63,373 nucleotides of DNA, filler included, from Octopus bimaculoides (GCF_001194135.2; 7 parts of 5 records of this genome joined end to end with filler, not necessarily neighbours in it); one strand, 5' to 3'; shown: positions 37,323-50,005, counted from the first letter of the whole stretch. Made by a program: numbers and translations. Notes: generated by a model not told the origin, from the letters alone.

Positions 37323-37422
37323 NNNNNNNNNNNNNNNNNNNNNNNNNNNNNNNNNNNNNNNNNNNNTTAATTAATTAANNNNNNNNNNNNNNNNNNNNNN
37401 NNNNNNNNNNNNNNNNNNNNNN
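37323..37422. other. Assembly join with TTAATTAATTAA linker
   Basis: Same architecture. Confidence 0.9.
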
Positions 37423-38179
37423 AACCTTTAAATTAAACAAATATTAAATTTATTTAATTAATTTAATGAAATACAGATACCAGTTCATTAGTATAAATGA
37501 TACGAGTTTACTTATACTGTACTGTGCAGAGTATTATGACACAAGACCACCTCGTAAACTAGTCCGGTGGGCACAAGAACTTGAAGTTCTTCCTTGTAAA
37601 TTAGGGCGGATGAAAAGACGTTCCAGATCATCAGGGCCTGGAAAGTCGTTGTTGCCTCTGTATCGGTAAGCTTCTCTGAAAATCTATATCATAAAAATGG
37701 TCTAAACCTTAAGATCAAAACACTAATGTTATATTAATTGTTTTTTAGTACCCAATAAAACATAAGACATAAACTTAATTTAGCCATAATGCTTGTTTAG
37801 TGATATTAATCATTTAGTGATATCAATCATTAGTCGGAATATATGTGGATTAATAAAGTAATAATCATGTCTTTGTTACAACCGATTAGTCTTTAGTATT
37901 TATTCTGCTATTCACATCAACCTCGGGTCGCAGTTTATAAAAGACAATTTTGAACGTTATAAGAATTGCATAAACCTTTGAGAGAACGTGAAATAATTCT
38001 TTGGGGGGGAACAATGGATCTCGAGGCACATAAGGTTATAAATAACGGCATGTAAATATTAGATTGAACCCCTTTGAATGCAAAAAGTTCAAAGCTGCTT
38101 CTGGGATTCGAAACTACATCTGTAGACATGACAGACTTCGACTCTTTCTGTCCAAAAGGGTTTTTCAACATGGTTTATA

Positions 38180-38333
38180 GACGTAGGAGTGGCTGTGTGG
38201 TAAGTAGCTTGCTTACCAACCACATGGTTCTGGGTTCAGTCCCACTGCGTGGCACCTTGGGCGAGTGTCTTCTACTATAGCCTCGGGCAGACCAAAGCCT
38301 TGTGAGTGGATTTGGTAGACGGAAACTGAAAGA
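38180..38333 (+). mobile_element. SINE family B 5' half
   Basis: 'ggagtggctgtgtggtaagtagcttgcttaccaaccacatggttctgggttcagtcccactgcgtggcacc'. Confidence 0.85.
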
Positions 38334-39100
38334 NNNNNNNNNNNNNNNNNNNNNNNNNNNNNNNNNNNNNNNNNNNNNNNNNNNNNNNNNNNNNNNNNNN
38401 NNNNNNNNNNNNNNNNNNNNNNNNNNNNNNNNNNNNNNNNNNNNNNNNNNNNNNNNNNNNNNNNNNNNNNNNNNNNNNNNNNNNNNNNNNNNNNNNNNNN
38501 NNNNNNNNNNNNNNNNNNNNNNNNNNNNNNNNNNNNNNNNNNNNNNNNNNNNNNNNNNNNNNNNNNNNNNNNNNNNNNNNNNNNNNNNNNNNNNNNNNNN
38601 NNNNNNNNNNNNNNNNNNNNNNNNNNNNNNNNNNNNNNNNNNNNNNNNNNNNNNNNNNNNNNNNGAAGAACGGTTCTTAGACTTAATCGGTCTCTGGTTT
38701 AAAACTATTATTTAGTCTTTCAGCGCTTTTCAGGAAAGGAACTCCGAGTGAACCAAGTTAGCATGTTTTAAAGGATCTATTTTCAAAAGATGTAGTAATG
38801 AAAATACCTTTGTAACGCAAGATAATACCTTCGTAACGCAAGACGCTACAAAGTATATCAGCTAATTACAAAGAAAGATAAACTACACATCAAAATGTAA
38901 TATATGATTGCTGTGGGCATCTTATTCGTCAAATATGGTGGCCGGGCTCCTGGCTTACTCGCCTTGGTGGCATTTCACTCATCGGTGACCTCTTGCCGTG
39001 TCCTCAAAAATTTCAGGCCTTGTGTCTAGAGTAGAAAAGAATATATCATCATCATTTAATGTTCGGTAGTACAGTGAAAGTACGTGATTAAAATAATAAT

Positions 39101-39317
39101 ATTCTTTTCTACCCTAGGTACAAGACCTGAAATTTGTGGGGAGAGGGCCAGTCGATTAGATCGATCCCACTATGCAACTGGTACTTAATTTATCGACCCC
39201 GAAATGATGAAAGGCAAAGTCGACCTAGGCGGAATTTGAACTCAGAACGTAAAGACAGACGAAATACCGCTAAGCATTTCACCCGGCACGCTAACGACTC
39301 TGCCAGCTCGCCATCTT
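39101..39317 (-). mobile_element. SINE family A, full length
   Basis: Reverse complement of 4523-4740. Confidence 0.85.
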
Positions 39318-40299
39318 GACGTAAGCTTCAATAATAAACTGCGATAGGTGAGCTGCGATATGGTGAGGCATTCCTGTATTTTGTTTGAAGGCTGTCAATG
39401 AGGCACCATAAAATATACGTAGCATATTTGGCTAACGTTAACTCGAAAATAACAGCAATTGCTTTAAAATCGATACATGGGGCTTCTACAGGCGTAGCTG
39501 CTCTCTTCTTAAATTCAATTTATTTCTGAAATAAGCCACCTATGATTGGATCTCAAAGAAAAGAAAGACTTGTGGAACAATCGATTGGAATCTGATTAGG
39601 GTTAGGATTATACCTCATTCCTCACCAACACCATTTATGTGTGCATTTATTAACCTCATCAAAAATCAAATATTGAATGGCAAAGAATTTAATGAAAGTT
39701 TGGAAGAACTATAACTGGAATATGGTGATTTATTGTAGCATTATGTGGTTCACTGATTAAGCAAAGTGCCATATTATGAACTGAAAATGAAAGAAAATAC
39801 TTAATGGCTATTTAAGCTTTACCTAATATGGAATTAGAGGTTAGAGGATTAAAATGGTTAAATGGTAGTTAGATTTGGAATTTTGGGGCAATCACTAGCC
39901 ATGGAAAGAATTTGATTTTGGAATTACAAAGGCCAAATAATCTTATTGGTTCACTTTTCGCTCGTTTCAACAGTTTTGAATCAATGCACCAACTGTCCGT
40001 GAGTCAGCTGTAAAAAAGCACTCATCCTACATTTTCGAATTCCAAAAGACCAGAAAGCAGAATCGATGATGGAATGTTCTATAGACTGTTCCAAATTCTG
40101 AGATTGATTCCATGATTTACAAAATTCTGACTTCCAACAATGAATGTGCCGAATTCCTTTTGATGTGGTACCAGGTGAAGCTCCTGGCAATTAGAATTAA
40201 TTCCTTGAATTTTATATCTAAATTTACTTGATTATAGAATTTGGTTCTATATATTCATTTACTTGTTTCAGCTCGAGGGTTGTGGCCATGCTGGAACAC

Positions 40300-40700
40300 C
40301 GTCATTGATGTTGCTACATTTTCATTAATCCTCCTTAGTGAACGAGGGAGTTTGATGTTGCTGCCTTCATTTGTGTTTCCTGTCATAAAGTTGGTTCATT
40401 CGGAACTCTTGACAACAAAAGGTCCAGTTCTATTTTCAAGGCCTCTACATGCACCCCGTGTAGGTCTCTCGAGTCTTTTGGGGGCAGACTGCAGAGCTGC
40501 CGGTCCTTGGACCCCAAACTATTGCAGTATCTGGTCCAGTATTTTGATGACAAGGGTAGGATCTTAAGAACTATGCAATGTTACCTAGTTCTGGATATAT
40601 TAAATATTGGTTGTTCTTGTTGCAGATACTAAGTCGGGATCACATTCTGCCGTTTGTTGGCTGATAACCAAAACCCAGAATTCCAAACACATCATTAATT
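40300..40700 (-). mobile_element. CR1-like LINE extreme 3' remnant
   Basis: NSLGSKDRQLCSLPPKDSRDLHGVHVEALKIELDLLLSRVPNEP...AATSNSL. Confidence 0.65.
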
Positions 40701-41447
40701 CTGAACTGTCTGTTAAAATCATTTTTAATAAAATGATCCACGGGAATTAACTCTTTTTTACTGTGGTTATTTCCCTCAGATCTACGGTTTCCGGTTTAGG
40801 CAAAAGACCAGCAGATTTTCGAGGAGAGGTGACTAGTTGATACCACTGACCCGAGTGTTTGACAAGTACTTTACGTTACCGATCCTGAAACGATGAAAAC
40901 CAAAGTTAACCTCGGCGGGATTTGAATTCAAAACTAAGAACATAAAGAATTAAAATAAATACTGCTAAGCATTTTTTTTCAGCGCTGTAACTTAGATATA
41001 TAAAATTTCAGACGATCAAAGTTTTCCAACGGACATATCTCATACGCTGTTTTATTTCACAGTTCAGCGGTTTTGATGCTGAAACAGAGGACATCCATCA
41101 TCCGTACTGATCCTTTGTTCTCTCCAAAAGATCAATATTTAAATTTAGGTGTCAGCGATTTGTGTGCAATGGTTAGAAGAATTTCCACTGGCCAGTATAC
41201 ATAAAAGAAAAATATTTAACATGACAAGGTTTTTACTGACGACACAAATAAACGCATTTAAACAATATAAAAATACAAAAATATTGGGGTCTTTTTGCAT
41301 CAAATTTGAATGAATTTACTCAAGTCTTAATTTATGACACCCAGAGAAATAAGATGCAAAGGATGCTACTTTACCATGCGATCAACCGCAGTATCCGTAA
41401 TGTACACTGAGAAATGACCGGTTTGGGCTATGATTTGGATTATAGTT

Positions 41448-41590
41448 TAAGGTTAGGGTTAGGGGTTAGTTTTACGGTTATCAGTTAGGGTTCAGGGTTA
41501 GGGTTAAGATTGGAGTAAGGGTTAAGGTTAGACTGCTAAAGTGTAAATGGCCAGGTAGACCGCACTCTAAAGTTACGGTTTACCTGGTCA
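41448..41590 (+). repeat. Degenerate TTAGGG-like tract followed by a 14-bp hairpin
   Basis: ggttagggttaggggttag...gttagggttcagggttagggtt; tggccaggtagacc (41548-41561) pairs with ggtttacctggtca (41577-41590) using G-U pairs. Confidence 0.7.
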
Positions 41591-43428
41591 TGCAAAGTTG
41601 ATTCCCTTTGCATTGTAAATAAGAATGTAAAGAGGCTGGAGTAAATATTATAGTGTAAATCACCCCTTTAGTATGTTGGAAACTACTAAGGTTCTTTTGA
41701 AGTATATATTATGAGCTTCAAAATTTGGTGCATTATTTTCTATCTTGAAGAGACCCCACGGTTGACACGGAATTTGAAAACCGTGCAACCAGCCGAAAGG
41801 GTATTAGTTAGTACCCGATCACATGTAGTATATCGCTTCTTTCACAAAATAGCGGGTTCACATAGATGAAAGTGGATAAAGAGAAATCGTTTTTGTCTAC
41901 TGGTCATTGAATTCGATCTTTGGTTCTGATTTTGAGCCGCATAAAATGTCTGGATCGCAATAATGCATTTCATACATTATACACAAGCATCTACCAAACG
42001 AAGAAAATATTCTAGAATTTTGAGGCTTGATATGTTGTATCCAATTAACACACACACACACACACAGAGGAAAATTCGCAGGACCCGACATTTTCTTCCT
42101 AACTTTCTGGAAAATAGGTATTTTTTAATGAAATTTTATACAAATACCTTTCAAACAGTGTAGATTATGATTACAAAGAAATTTGTCGGCAAAAATTTTC
42201 GGAAGGGGCGAGGGGAGGAGTTTTGGAAAAACGGAGTTTTGGATCAGACGACCCACATAAGTTGGAATTTTTCCGTTTTGGCGGGTTTTTTCCAATATTT
42301 TTCACCAAAATCTTCAGAATGATGGGAGGCATCTTTTTCACGTCAAAAATTTTTTTTTTTTTTTTCACTCCCGCCACTCTCTCAACACACCTGTCCGAAA
42401 CGATTTTGGCCATTTTTTTTCGCTACGCACCCGTGCGAGAAGCATTTTTAACAATTGTTAATAATTTCAGAGGAAAATGTGTGATTTAAGGAAGATCTGG
42501 CTGTTGTTTCTAGCACATCTCAAAACCTCCCTCCTCGTTTCTTTCTCACCCACACATCTATTGATGTTTTTCAGTATTTTCCTCCCCACAAACAATTTTT
42601 ATGGAATGATGATGCGAAAGTAACACACATGTAGTCCCAACCGAGCGAGGTCGTGTTGTATGTGTGTGTGTGTGTGTGTACGCGTAGTACCAATGGCTGG
42701 TTCACAAGCCCCAACATGCTAGAAATAGCAGTAAGAATTATAACCATGATACACACAAAGAAACGCGCTTCTCTTTCTCTCTCTCTCTCTCTCTGTTATA
42801 AAGTTTTATGTCCCATCATGCTTGAAATAGCAGTGAATCACACACACGCACGAATAGTCTGTGCAGAGTGACCTCGCTTGCACCGTCAACTGAAAAAGCG
42901 CCAAGCGATTTCCCCTCTATCCACACTGTTGAAAAATTCTAGGTTCGTAGCTTATGACTGATGCTGCAGTGTGACCCGATAAAACTCCTTAACAATCGGT
43001 TAATTTAGATGTAAACATGATTCCATTAACTTTTATGAGTTCAGTTGAAATCCTTCCTGCAATAAAAGCGAACGACGAGCACCGACTTACACAATACAGG
43101 ATATTATTTGTGGTCGCTTACGGACGAAATAAACTAATAGACGTAGTAGCTTAAAATGTTTTATGCAGTTTTAATTAAGTACCGAATAAATATTATAAAG
43201 TAAAAAGGATATCTATTTAATTTTACATAAATTTTTAATAGCATTTTTAAAACACCTTATTCAGTTACTATAACACACACACACACATACAATGTGGTAG
43301 TGGTTCTAAGCGACCTTCACTACCGCCATATTTATGTTGTGACGGAGTCGGCGAAATTTTTACCTCGATTCATTAATCAATTAACTAATTAATAACTGTT
43401 ATTTTTGATATATTATTAATTGATCGCC

Positions 43429-43473
43429 ATGGCGGATGCTGCGGCCAGGTCATTACAATATGAGTACAAAGCT
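43429..43473 (+). CDS. SNRNP200: U5 snRNP 200-kDa helicase (Brr2), coding exon 1 only
   Basis: gccATGG context; MADAAARSLQYEYKA versus the conserved N-terminus MADVTARSLQYEYKA; phase-0 donor GCT|gtaagt; upstream CCGCCATATT (YY1-type) motif near 43323. Confidence 0.9.
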
Positions 43474-43749
43474 GTAAGTATTGTTTCATTGGTTTTGTGT
43501 TGATATTTTAAATGTCTCCACACGTGTCTTTCTCGTTTGTTTTGCTGTGTTACCAATTGTTCCTTAATTTGACTTGTACAATATTAATTATCGTTCTATT
43601 AAAACTGGATGCCCGATATTTATGTACCTGAATACCGAAGTAACTTAGATTAGAGGAGTAATTTTTTTTTATTTGCTTTGCAACCTTAATACCGTACATT
43701 TTGTTGACCGAAACTGAAAGCAATCCTATCATAAATATATATATATATA

Positions 43750-43965
43750 TATAGTTTGTGTTTGTATCTCATCAACGCTTACCAACTTGTGCTTGTTTTT
43801 TACATCTCCGTAACGTAGCGGTTCAGCAAAAAGAAACCGGTAGATTAAGAACCAGGCGTGAAAAAACATAAGGTACTAGGGTGGGGAGGTCAATTTGTTC
43901 GACTAAAACCCTTCATAGCGATGCCCCAGCATGGTCGCAGTCTAACGACTAAAACAAGTAATAGA
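43750..43965 (+). mobile_element. SINE family B 3' half (in SNRNP200 intron 1)
   Basis: Matches the family tail. Confidence 0.75.
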
Positions 43966-44078
43966 TAAATTAAAGATCAAATGGGTTGTTTTTTTCTTTT
44001 CTTTAAACTGAATGTTGAAAGGATAAATACGTCACTGATGTAAACTTGTGATCCAGTTCAATTAGCAATTACTAATAT

Positions 44079-44178
44079 NNNNNNNNNNNNNNNNNNNNNN
44101 NNNNNNNNNNNNNNNNNNNNNNTTAATTAATTAANNNNNNNNNNNNNNNNNNNNNNNNNNNNNNNNNNNNNNNNNNNN
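44079..44178. other. Assembly join with TTAATTAATTAA linker
   Basis: Same architecture. Confidence 0.9.
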
Positions 44179-44224
44179 TCCTTTGTTATGGGCAGAATCG
44201 GCAAACGAAGACTATGAAGCAAAC

Positions 44225-44420
44225 AACTCGTCTTTATAAACAAGTTTTTCAGTGATTATCTGATGAACAATGCTTTAGTTTCTGTCTATGAAATTCCGTC
44301 ACATGTTTGTGGTTGACCTAGGGCTATAGTACAAAACACTTGCCCAAGGTACCATCCAGAGGGACTGAACGTAGAACCATGTGGCTGGGAAGCAAACTTC
44401 TCAACCACAGTCATACTTGC
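44225..44420 (-). mobile_element. SINE family B 5' half, degenerate
   Basis: 'cacttgcccaaggtacca...gggactgaac.tagaaccatgtggctgggaagcaaacttc'. Confidence 0.7.
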
Positions 44421-46051
44421 ACTTAATATGTGTGTGCGTTTATGTTTATGTGTGTGTTGCTACAGTGATTACTGTGTCCCACTATGGTTGCAGCGGCGAT
44501 CTATAAAATAAATGCTAGATTCAAATACATACAGAGGTCAGTATGATCATTCAAAATTTTGAAGGGGATACCCTACCATGGTGATAGTCGAAAGACTAAA
44601 GACTTAATGGCTTCAAATTTAAGGTAATGGATTAACTAACCACAACGTAATGGGTTCAAAACTTCGTATTGAACTTCCACTCTGTACGATAAAATTATAT
44701 GTAAATATCATTCTACTTGACTTTCAACAATTATCGGACTGTAATTTGAAGTTGAATGGTTAGCAGCAAGAAAGATATCCAGATTTCTTTTAAAATACTG
44801 AGAAAAAGTAGGGTTTTTTTCCCCACAGCAAACATACTCACACACACAGGTGTCCCTGTGGTAACTTGAGCTACTACAAATAGCAGCCAAATCTCTTTTA
44901 AAACACATCCTTTCATCAAAAGACATCCAGAGATTTACAGTATTTCAGGAAGATTAAAAAAAAAACTAGACGATGGGTCTGCTACATCAGAGGCAAATCT
45001 GGGTTAAACAAAACACAGACAAACACGCTTCACATTAAAAGATGATATGCGTGTGTGAGTGTCGCATTAAGCAATTCATGGAATGTTTCATAACGGTATA
45101 GCAATGACAGTTAAAATAAACGTGACATATTTCTAAGTTTCATAGAAATAACTTTCAGCAAGACAAGAGAACATCTAAAGTATACAAACAATATAGTCCC
45201 ACAAAAGCCTATGTGTATGCAGTGAAGCCTAACAGTTACTCGTCTAAAAATCACAGTACACCGGGTTCGATGAAATAAGTACCATATAAGCACTGGGTTC
45301 GATAAAATCGATATACTCCGTCCATCGAGATTGTTGTCCTTGCGCCAATATTTACAATCACCATGATCAGGAAGGTGCACAGACAAAAAACTTATACGAT
45401 CAAAACGGAAGAATATCACTAAGGAAGAAAATCTGCTTAATCATAGTTAAAATCACTTCTTACGAATAGATGTTATCTCGTGCTCACTGCCACACCATTC
45501 AACCCTGCTACCTAAACAAGCAAGCACATTAAAAACAACGTCATTCTAAGAAGACCACCGTACATATTATAACAGTTATAAATAGAAAAGAATGTAGAGT
45601 TTGAATCACTTAATATCATTACTACGGGCGCGATCGGGGCTGACCCTCTGTTTAAACAATGGTACTCACAAACCACTATACGTTGTGTAATATATAAATT
45701 ATATAAGTTATAAACATTATAAGTCATCTGTTCCAGATAACAGTTTTCCGGTTTATTGACTAAACTGTTCGTATAAGGGTTGACGAAGCAGAAAAATATC
45801 AAAGCATTAGCAACTGAAACACTAAAACTTTACTACCTTCCGATGCACACAGATAATGATGAACAGAAAATTCAATATCTTAATAGGTAGAGAGAATATA
45901 CGAATATATACATAAATATATATATACGTACGTGCCAGTGTGTGTCTATGCGCGTACATATGTCCGGATATATTTACATATGTATATGTGTATGTAAACA
46001 TAATTACATAAATACACAGTACCTTAAAATCTTACATACAGAGAAATACAC

Positions 46052-46089
<38 letters not shown>

Positions 46090-46721
46090 TTGTGTATATT
46101 ACATACGTATGTGATTTGTCTCGCTTTTCTTCACTCTCTCTNNNNNNNNNNNNNNNNNNNNNNNNNNNNNNNNNNNNNNNNNNNNNNNNNNNNNNNNNNN
46201 NNNNNNNNNNNNNNNNNNNNNNNNNNNNNNNNNNNNNNNNNNNNNNNNNNNNNNNNNNNNNNNNNNNNNNNNNNNNNNNNNNNNNNNNNNNNNNNNNNNN
46301 NNNNNNNNNNNNNNNNNNNNNNNNNNNNNNNNNNNNNNNNNNNNNNNNNNNNNNNNNNNNNNNNNNNNNNNNNNNNNNNNNNNNNNNNNNNNNNNNNNNN
46401 NNNNNNNNNNNNNNNNNNNNNNNNNNNNNNNNNNNNNNNNNNNNNNNNNNNNNNNNNNNNNNNNNNNNNNNNNNNNNNNNNNNNNNNNNNNNNNNNNTAA
46501 TACTTTTGTCGTCATACATCAAAATATTTTTTCGGACCAAGGATTTATAACTGAACGAGATGTTTTACAAAATTATATCATATTTCCACTGTTTGATTTG
46601 CAAGGTCTTTGTAAAGTTACTACTTATATTCTAAGCCTTCTCGCATGCGACAAGTTTTAAATTAGAATCACGCCATTAATGGGAAGTGGTCTAGGGCAAT
46701 TCAACTGTAATAATATTCTGT

Positions 46722-46895
46722 GGGTGGAGGCGCAATGGCCCAGTGGTTAGGGCAGCGAACTCGCGGTCGGAGGATCGCAGTTTCGATTCCCATCAAGCTG
46801 GCGCAGTCGCCGGGCGGAATGCTTAAGGCATTTTATCCACCTTAACGTTTTCAGTTCAAATTCCACCGAGGGAGACTTTGCCTTTCATACTTTCG
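46722..46895 (+). mobile_element. SINE family C tRNA-like head fused to a family A fragment
   Basis: 'tggaggcgcaatggcccagtggttagggcagcgaactcgcggtcggaggatcgcagtttcgattccc' then family A internal sequence. Confidence 0.75.
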
Positions 46896-49345
46896 AAATA
46901 ACTAATTGGTAATATATCTCAATTTCTTCAGATTCTTCAGAATCCTTATTATACAACCTACCATCATTCGTGATTTTCCTTTCATTCCAAGACTATACCT
47001 GTTCTATTTGATCTACTAGTGTCATTAGATTCTCTGGAAAATTTCCTTTAAGTCATATAATCATCATCCGGCTCGTGTTCATATTATTTTTCCATCTCTT
47101 CGAAAACACATACCTGGCTATTATCCTAATGAACTCTATTATCGACGAAATCATACCTGTATTCATTACTATTTTTCTGCTAACCAACTACCTTAGTTTT
47201 AAAGCGGATTAATACTTTCACCACCATCTCCAGGTATTTTCAATTTACTGCCTAAATAAATTTCTTAAGTTTTTATTAAACATCATTGTAATAGACTTTT
47301 TAGGAGTATCTATAATTATGCCTCCTGCTTCTTGTAACTGTGTTCTATGTTGTTTTTTTTCCATCGCATTTTTCTGTTGTGTCCAGTCACCTTACTTCGA
47401 ATGGTCTTCTGCTTCTTTGTAACTGTGTTCTATATTTTTTCCATCGCATTTCTCTGTTGTGCCCAGTCACCTTACTTCGAATATCTGACGTCCGGCAAGA
47501 TCAAGTCTGTCTTACCAGGAGGAGTATACTTGACCATAGTTGTTTGACTTTAGAGATTTTTCGTTGGTAAAAATAAACACTGTCAAATCCATTTACGTAC
47601 GGGGATGGATATTATCGTCTAACACTTTCATGTATGTATGTATGTATGTATGTATGTATGTATGTATGTATGTATGTATGTATGTATGTATGTATGCAGG
47701 CATAGATATATCTTACATGCTGGCAGGTTTGCACCTACATTTCGATAGAAAACTGTTGTAAGTGACTGAGTAACTAGGAAACCTTACATGCTTACCTGTT
47801 GTTTGGAGACCTTACCATTTTTTAACGAGTATATTGCCAACTATAGTATGCCAGATTTGCAGTTTAAAATGTTATATATGAAGCTGTTTCTTTTTTTTTT
47901 TTTTTTTNNNNNNNNNNTTTTTTTTTTTTTTTTTTTTGAGGTGAACAATTTTACCGATATTTCCTTTTAGTTAACTCAAACATCTTTTATTGTAACGTAC
48001 TACACCATTACATATTTTATATCTGTCATGTACATTATTTTGATACTTCGTTCAAATGTCTCTTAATGGTAGAAGCGCGATAGTATAAGAATATTTTCGG
48101 TATCAAAATTTCCTTCACCTTTTTTAACCTCTAGAATTTGTTCTAATATATTGATTTTATAAGAACGCAATTTCTTTCTGCGTTTCTCTTTATTCATTGC
48201 ACACATATTTTTATGTTTTAATTTCAATTGAATTAATATTTTCAATATTATTGTTAATGGTTTTGCTCAATTGAAAATTGATTCGTTTGTTGCTGTTGTT
48301 CTTGTAGATGTTGATGATATTAATATGGCTCCTCCTCAGTCCAGTTTAGGATATTTACATATCAGGACCAGTAATTTATTCCAAAGACTTATCGACATTT
48401 ACAAATAGCATTAATCTGTTACTGGTATTATGTTTCTTGATATGGCTGTGTATTCCCAAAACGAGGTCATATCGTTATCTATTCAGAATTTATAAAATAA
48501 ATTCATATGAATAATCATTTCTGATCTTTTCCTATCTCGTCTAAGCTCATACGTACACTTGTAATAGAATACACACATACATGCTCACACTCATGCATGT
48601 GCACACAACAGAGCATATAAACATATCGATATGCGTATGAAATGCATATATGTGCATATACACATGATCTGAAACATTCATACACGGACACACACAAATA
48701 CGCATCCAATTATTTATTTATTTGTCCATCTTTCGTGTATCTATCTGTTTATATATTTCTAGATACCGAGGCAAATATCCTAGCCACCATCGCTGACAGA
48801 GTTGCCTAATTCGATCTCCTAGTCGGGATAAATATAACAGTATTAGCGCAATAGCGCAACTTAATTGATTGATTTTTCAAAAGTTAAAGCTAAGTCTTCG
48901 GTATTTTCCATTGAGAAAGGATAAAGGGCGAGAAACGGTCGTCTAGGAGACCGATAGGTGGAAGTTACAAAATGTCAAAAAGATATTTTACCTCATCTGA
49001 AGTTCGCTTATTACTTATCATTGCTTTCCGTCGATGTCGTTATATTTATCCCAATCAGGAGGACCAACAGCGCAAATAAGCCACTGATATTGACTGAATT
49101 TTAGTTAAATCTACGGCTTTGAATCTGCCCAGCCAGGGTGATCTCTCTTCAGTATCTGCCATTGAGGTAGGTTAAAGAGCAAGAAATGTCCGTCTGGGAA
49201 TTCGATAGGAGCAAGCACTGTGTAAAATATGTTGTTTTTACACCCTTTAACATAAGAGAGAGAGTTTTTCTCATGGGAAATTGCAGTGAAGTTGACTTTA
49301 GAATTTAAAATATCACGCAAATATATTTTAACCTGAAGTACATAT

Positions 49346-50005
49346 ATAGTCGCAGGCGTAGATGTGTGGTAAGAAGCTTGAGAATAAATAAAGGCGGTAA
49401 GCTGGCAGAAACGTTAGCACGTCGGGCGAAATGCTTAGTGGTATTTCGTCTGCTGCTACGTTCTGAGTTCAAATTCCGCCGAGGTAAACTTTGCCTTTCA
49501 TCCTTTCGGGGTCGATAAATTAAGTACCAGTTACGTACTGTGGTCGATATAATGGACTTAATCCGTTTGTCTGTCCTTGTTTGTCCTCTCTATGTTTAGC
49601 CCCTTGTGGGCAATAAAGAAATAAGCATCTTGATTCCCAAGCACATGGTTACGGCTTCAGTCCCACAGCGTGGCACCTTGGGTGAGTGCCTTCTACTTTA
49701 TTCTCGACCTATCAAAGCCTTGTGAGTGGATATGGTAGACGGAAACTAAAAGAAGCCCAACATGTATATGTGCGTGTGTCTTTGTGTCTGTGTTAGTCCA
49801 CCTTCCACGATCATTGCTTAAAAACTAGTATTGGTGTGTTTAAGTCACCCCCGTAACTTAGCGGATCAGCAAAAGTTACCGACAGAATAAATATTACGCT
49901 TAAAAATAAGTCCTGGGGGTTGAATCATTCGACAAAAACACTTCGAGTTGGTGTTCCAGCATGGCCGCTGCCAAAACGACTGAAACAACTAAAAGAATAA
50001 AAGAA
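49346..50005 (+). mobile_element. SINE family B (full length) interrupted in its head by a family A copy
   Basis: B head stops at '...aagaagcttg' and resumes at 'attcccaagcacatgg...' after the insert. Confidence 0.75.
49391..49625 (+). mobile_element. SINE family A variant (different 3' end) nested in family B
   Basis: Family A head and core; tail 'tttgtctgtccttgtttgtcctctc...gggcaataaagaaataag'. Confidence 0.8.

Noticed and set aside
39981-40190. Minus ORF MPGASPGTTSKGIRHIHCW...
   Set aside because: No recognisable homology and no good donor; a competing plus-strand micro-exon has better splice sites.
48760-49320. Candidate exons (DTEANILATIADRVA*, KSTALNLPSQGD..., minus ORF ...PQWQILKRDHPGW) as SNRNP200 exon 2 or another gene
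   Set aside because: None matches SNRNP200 or any protein I recognise, and the candidates are mutually inconsistent.
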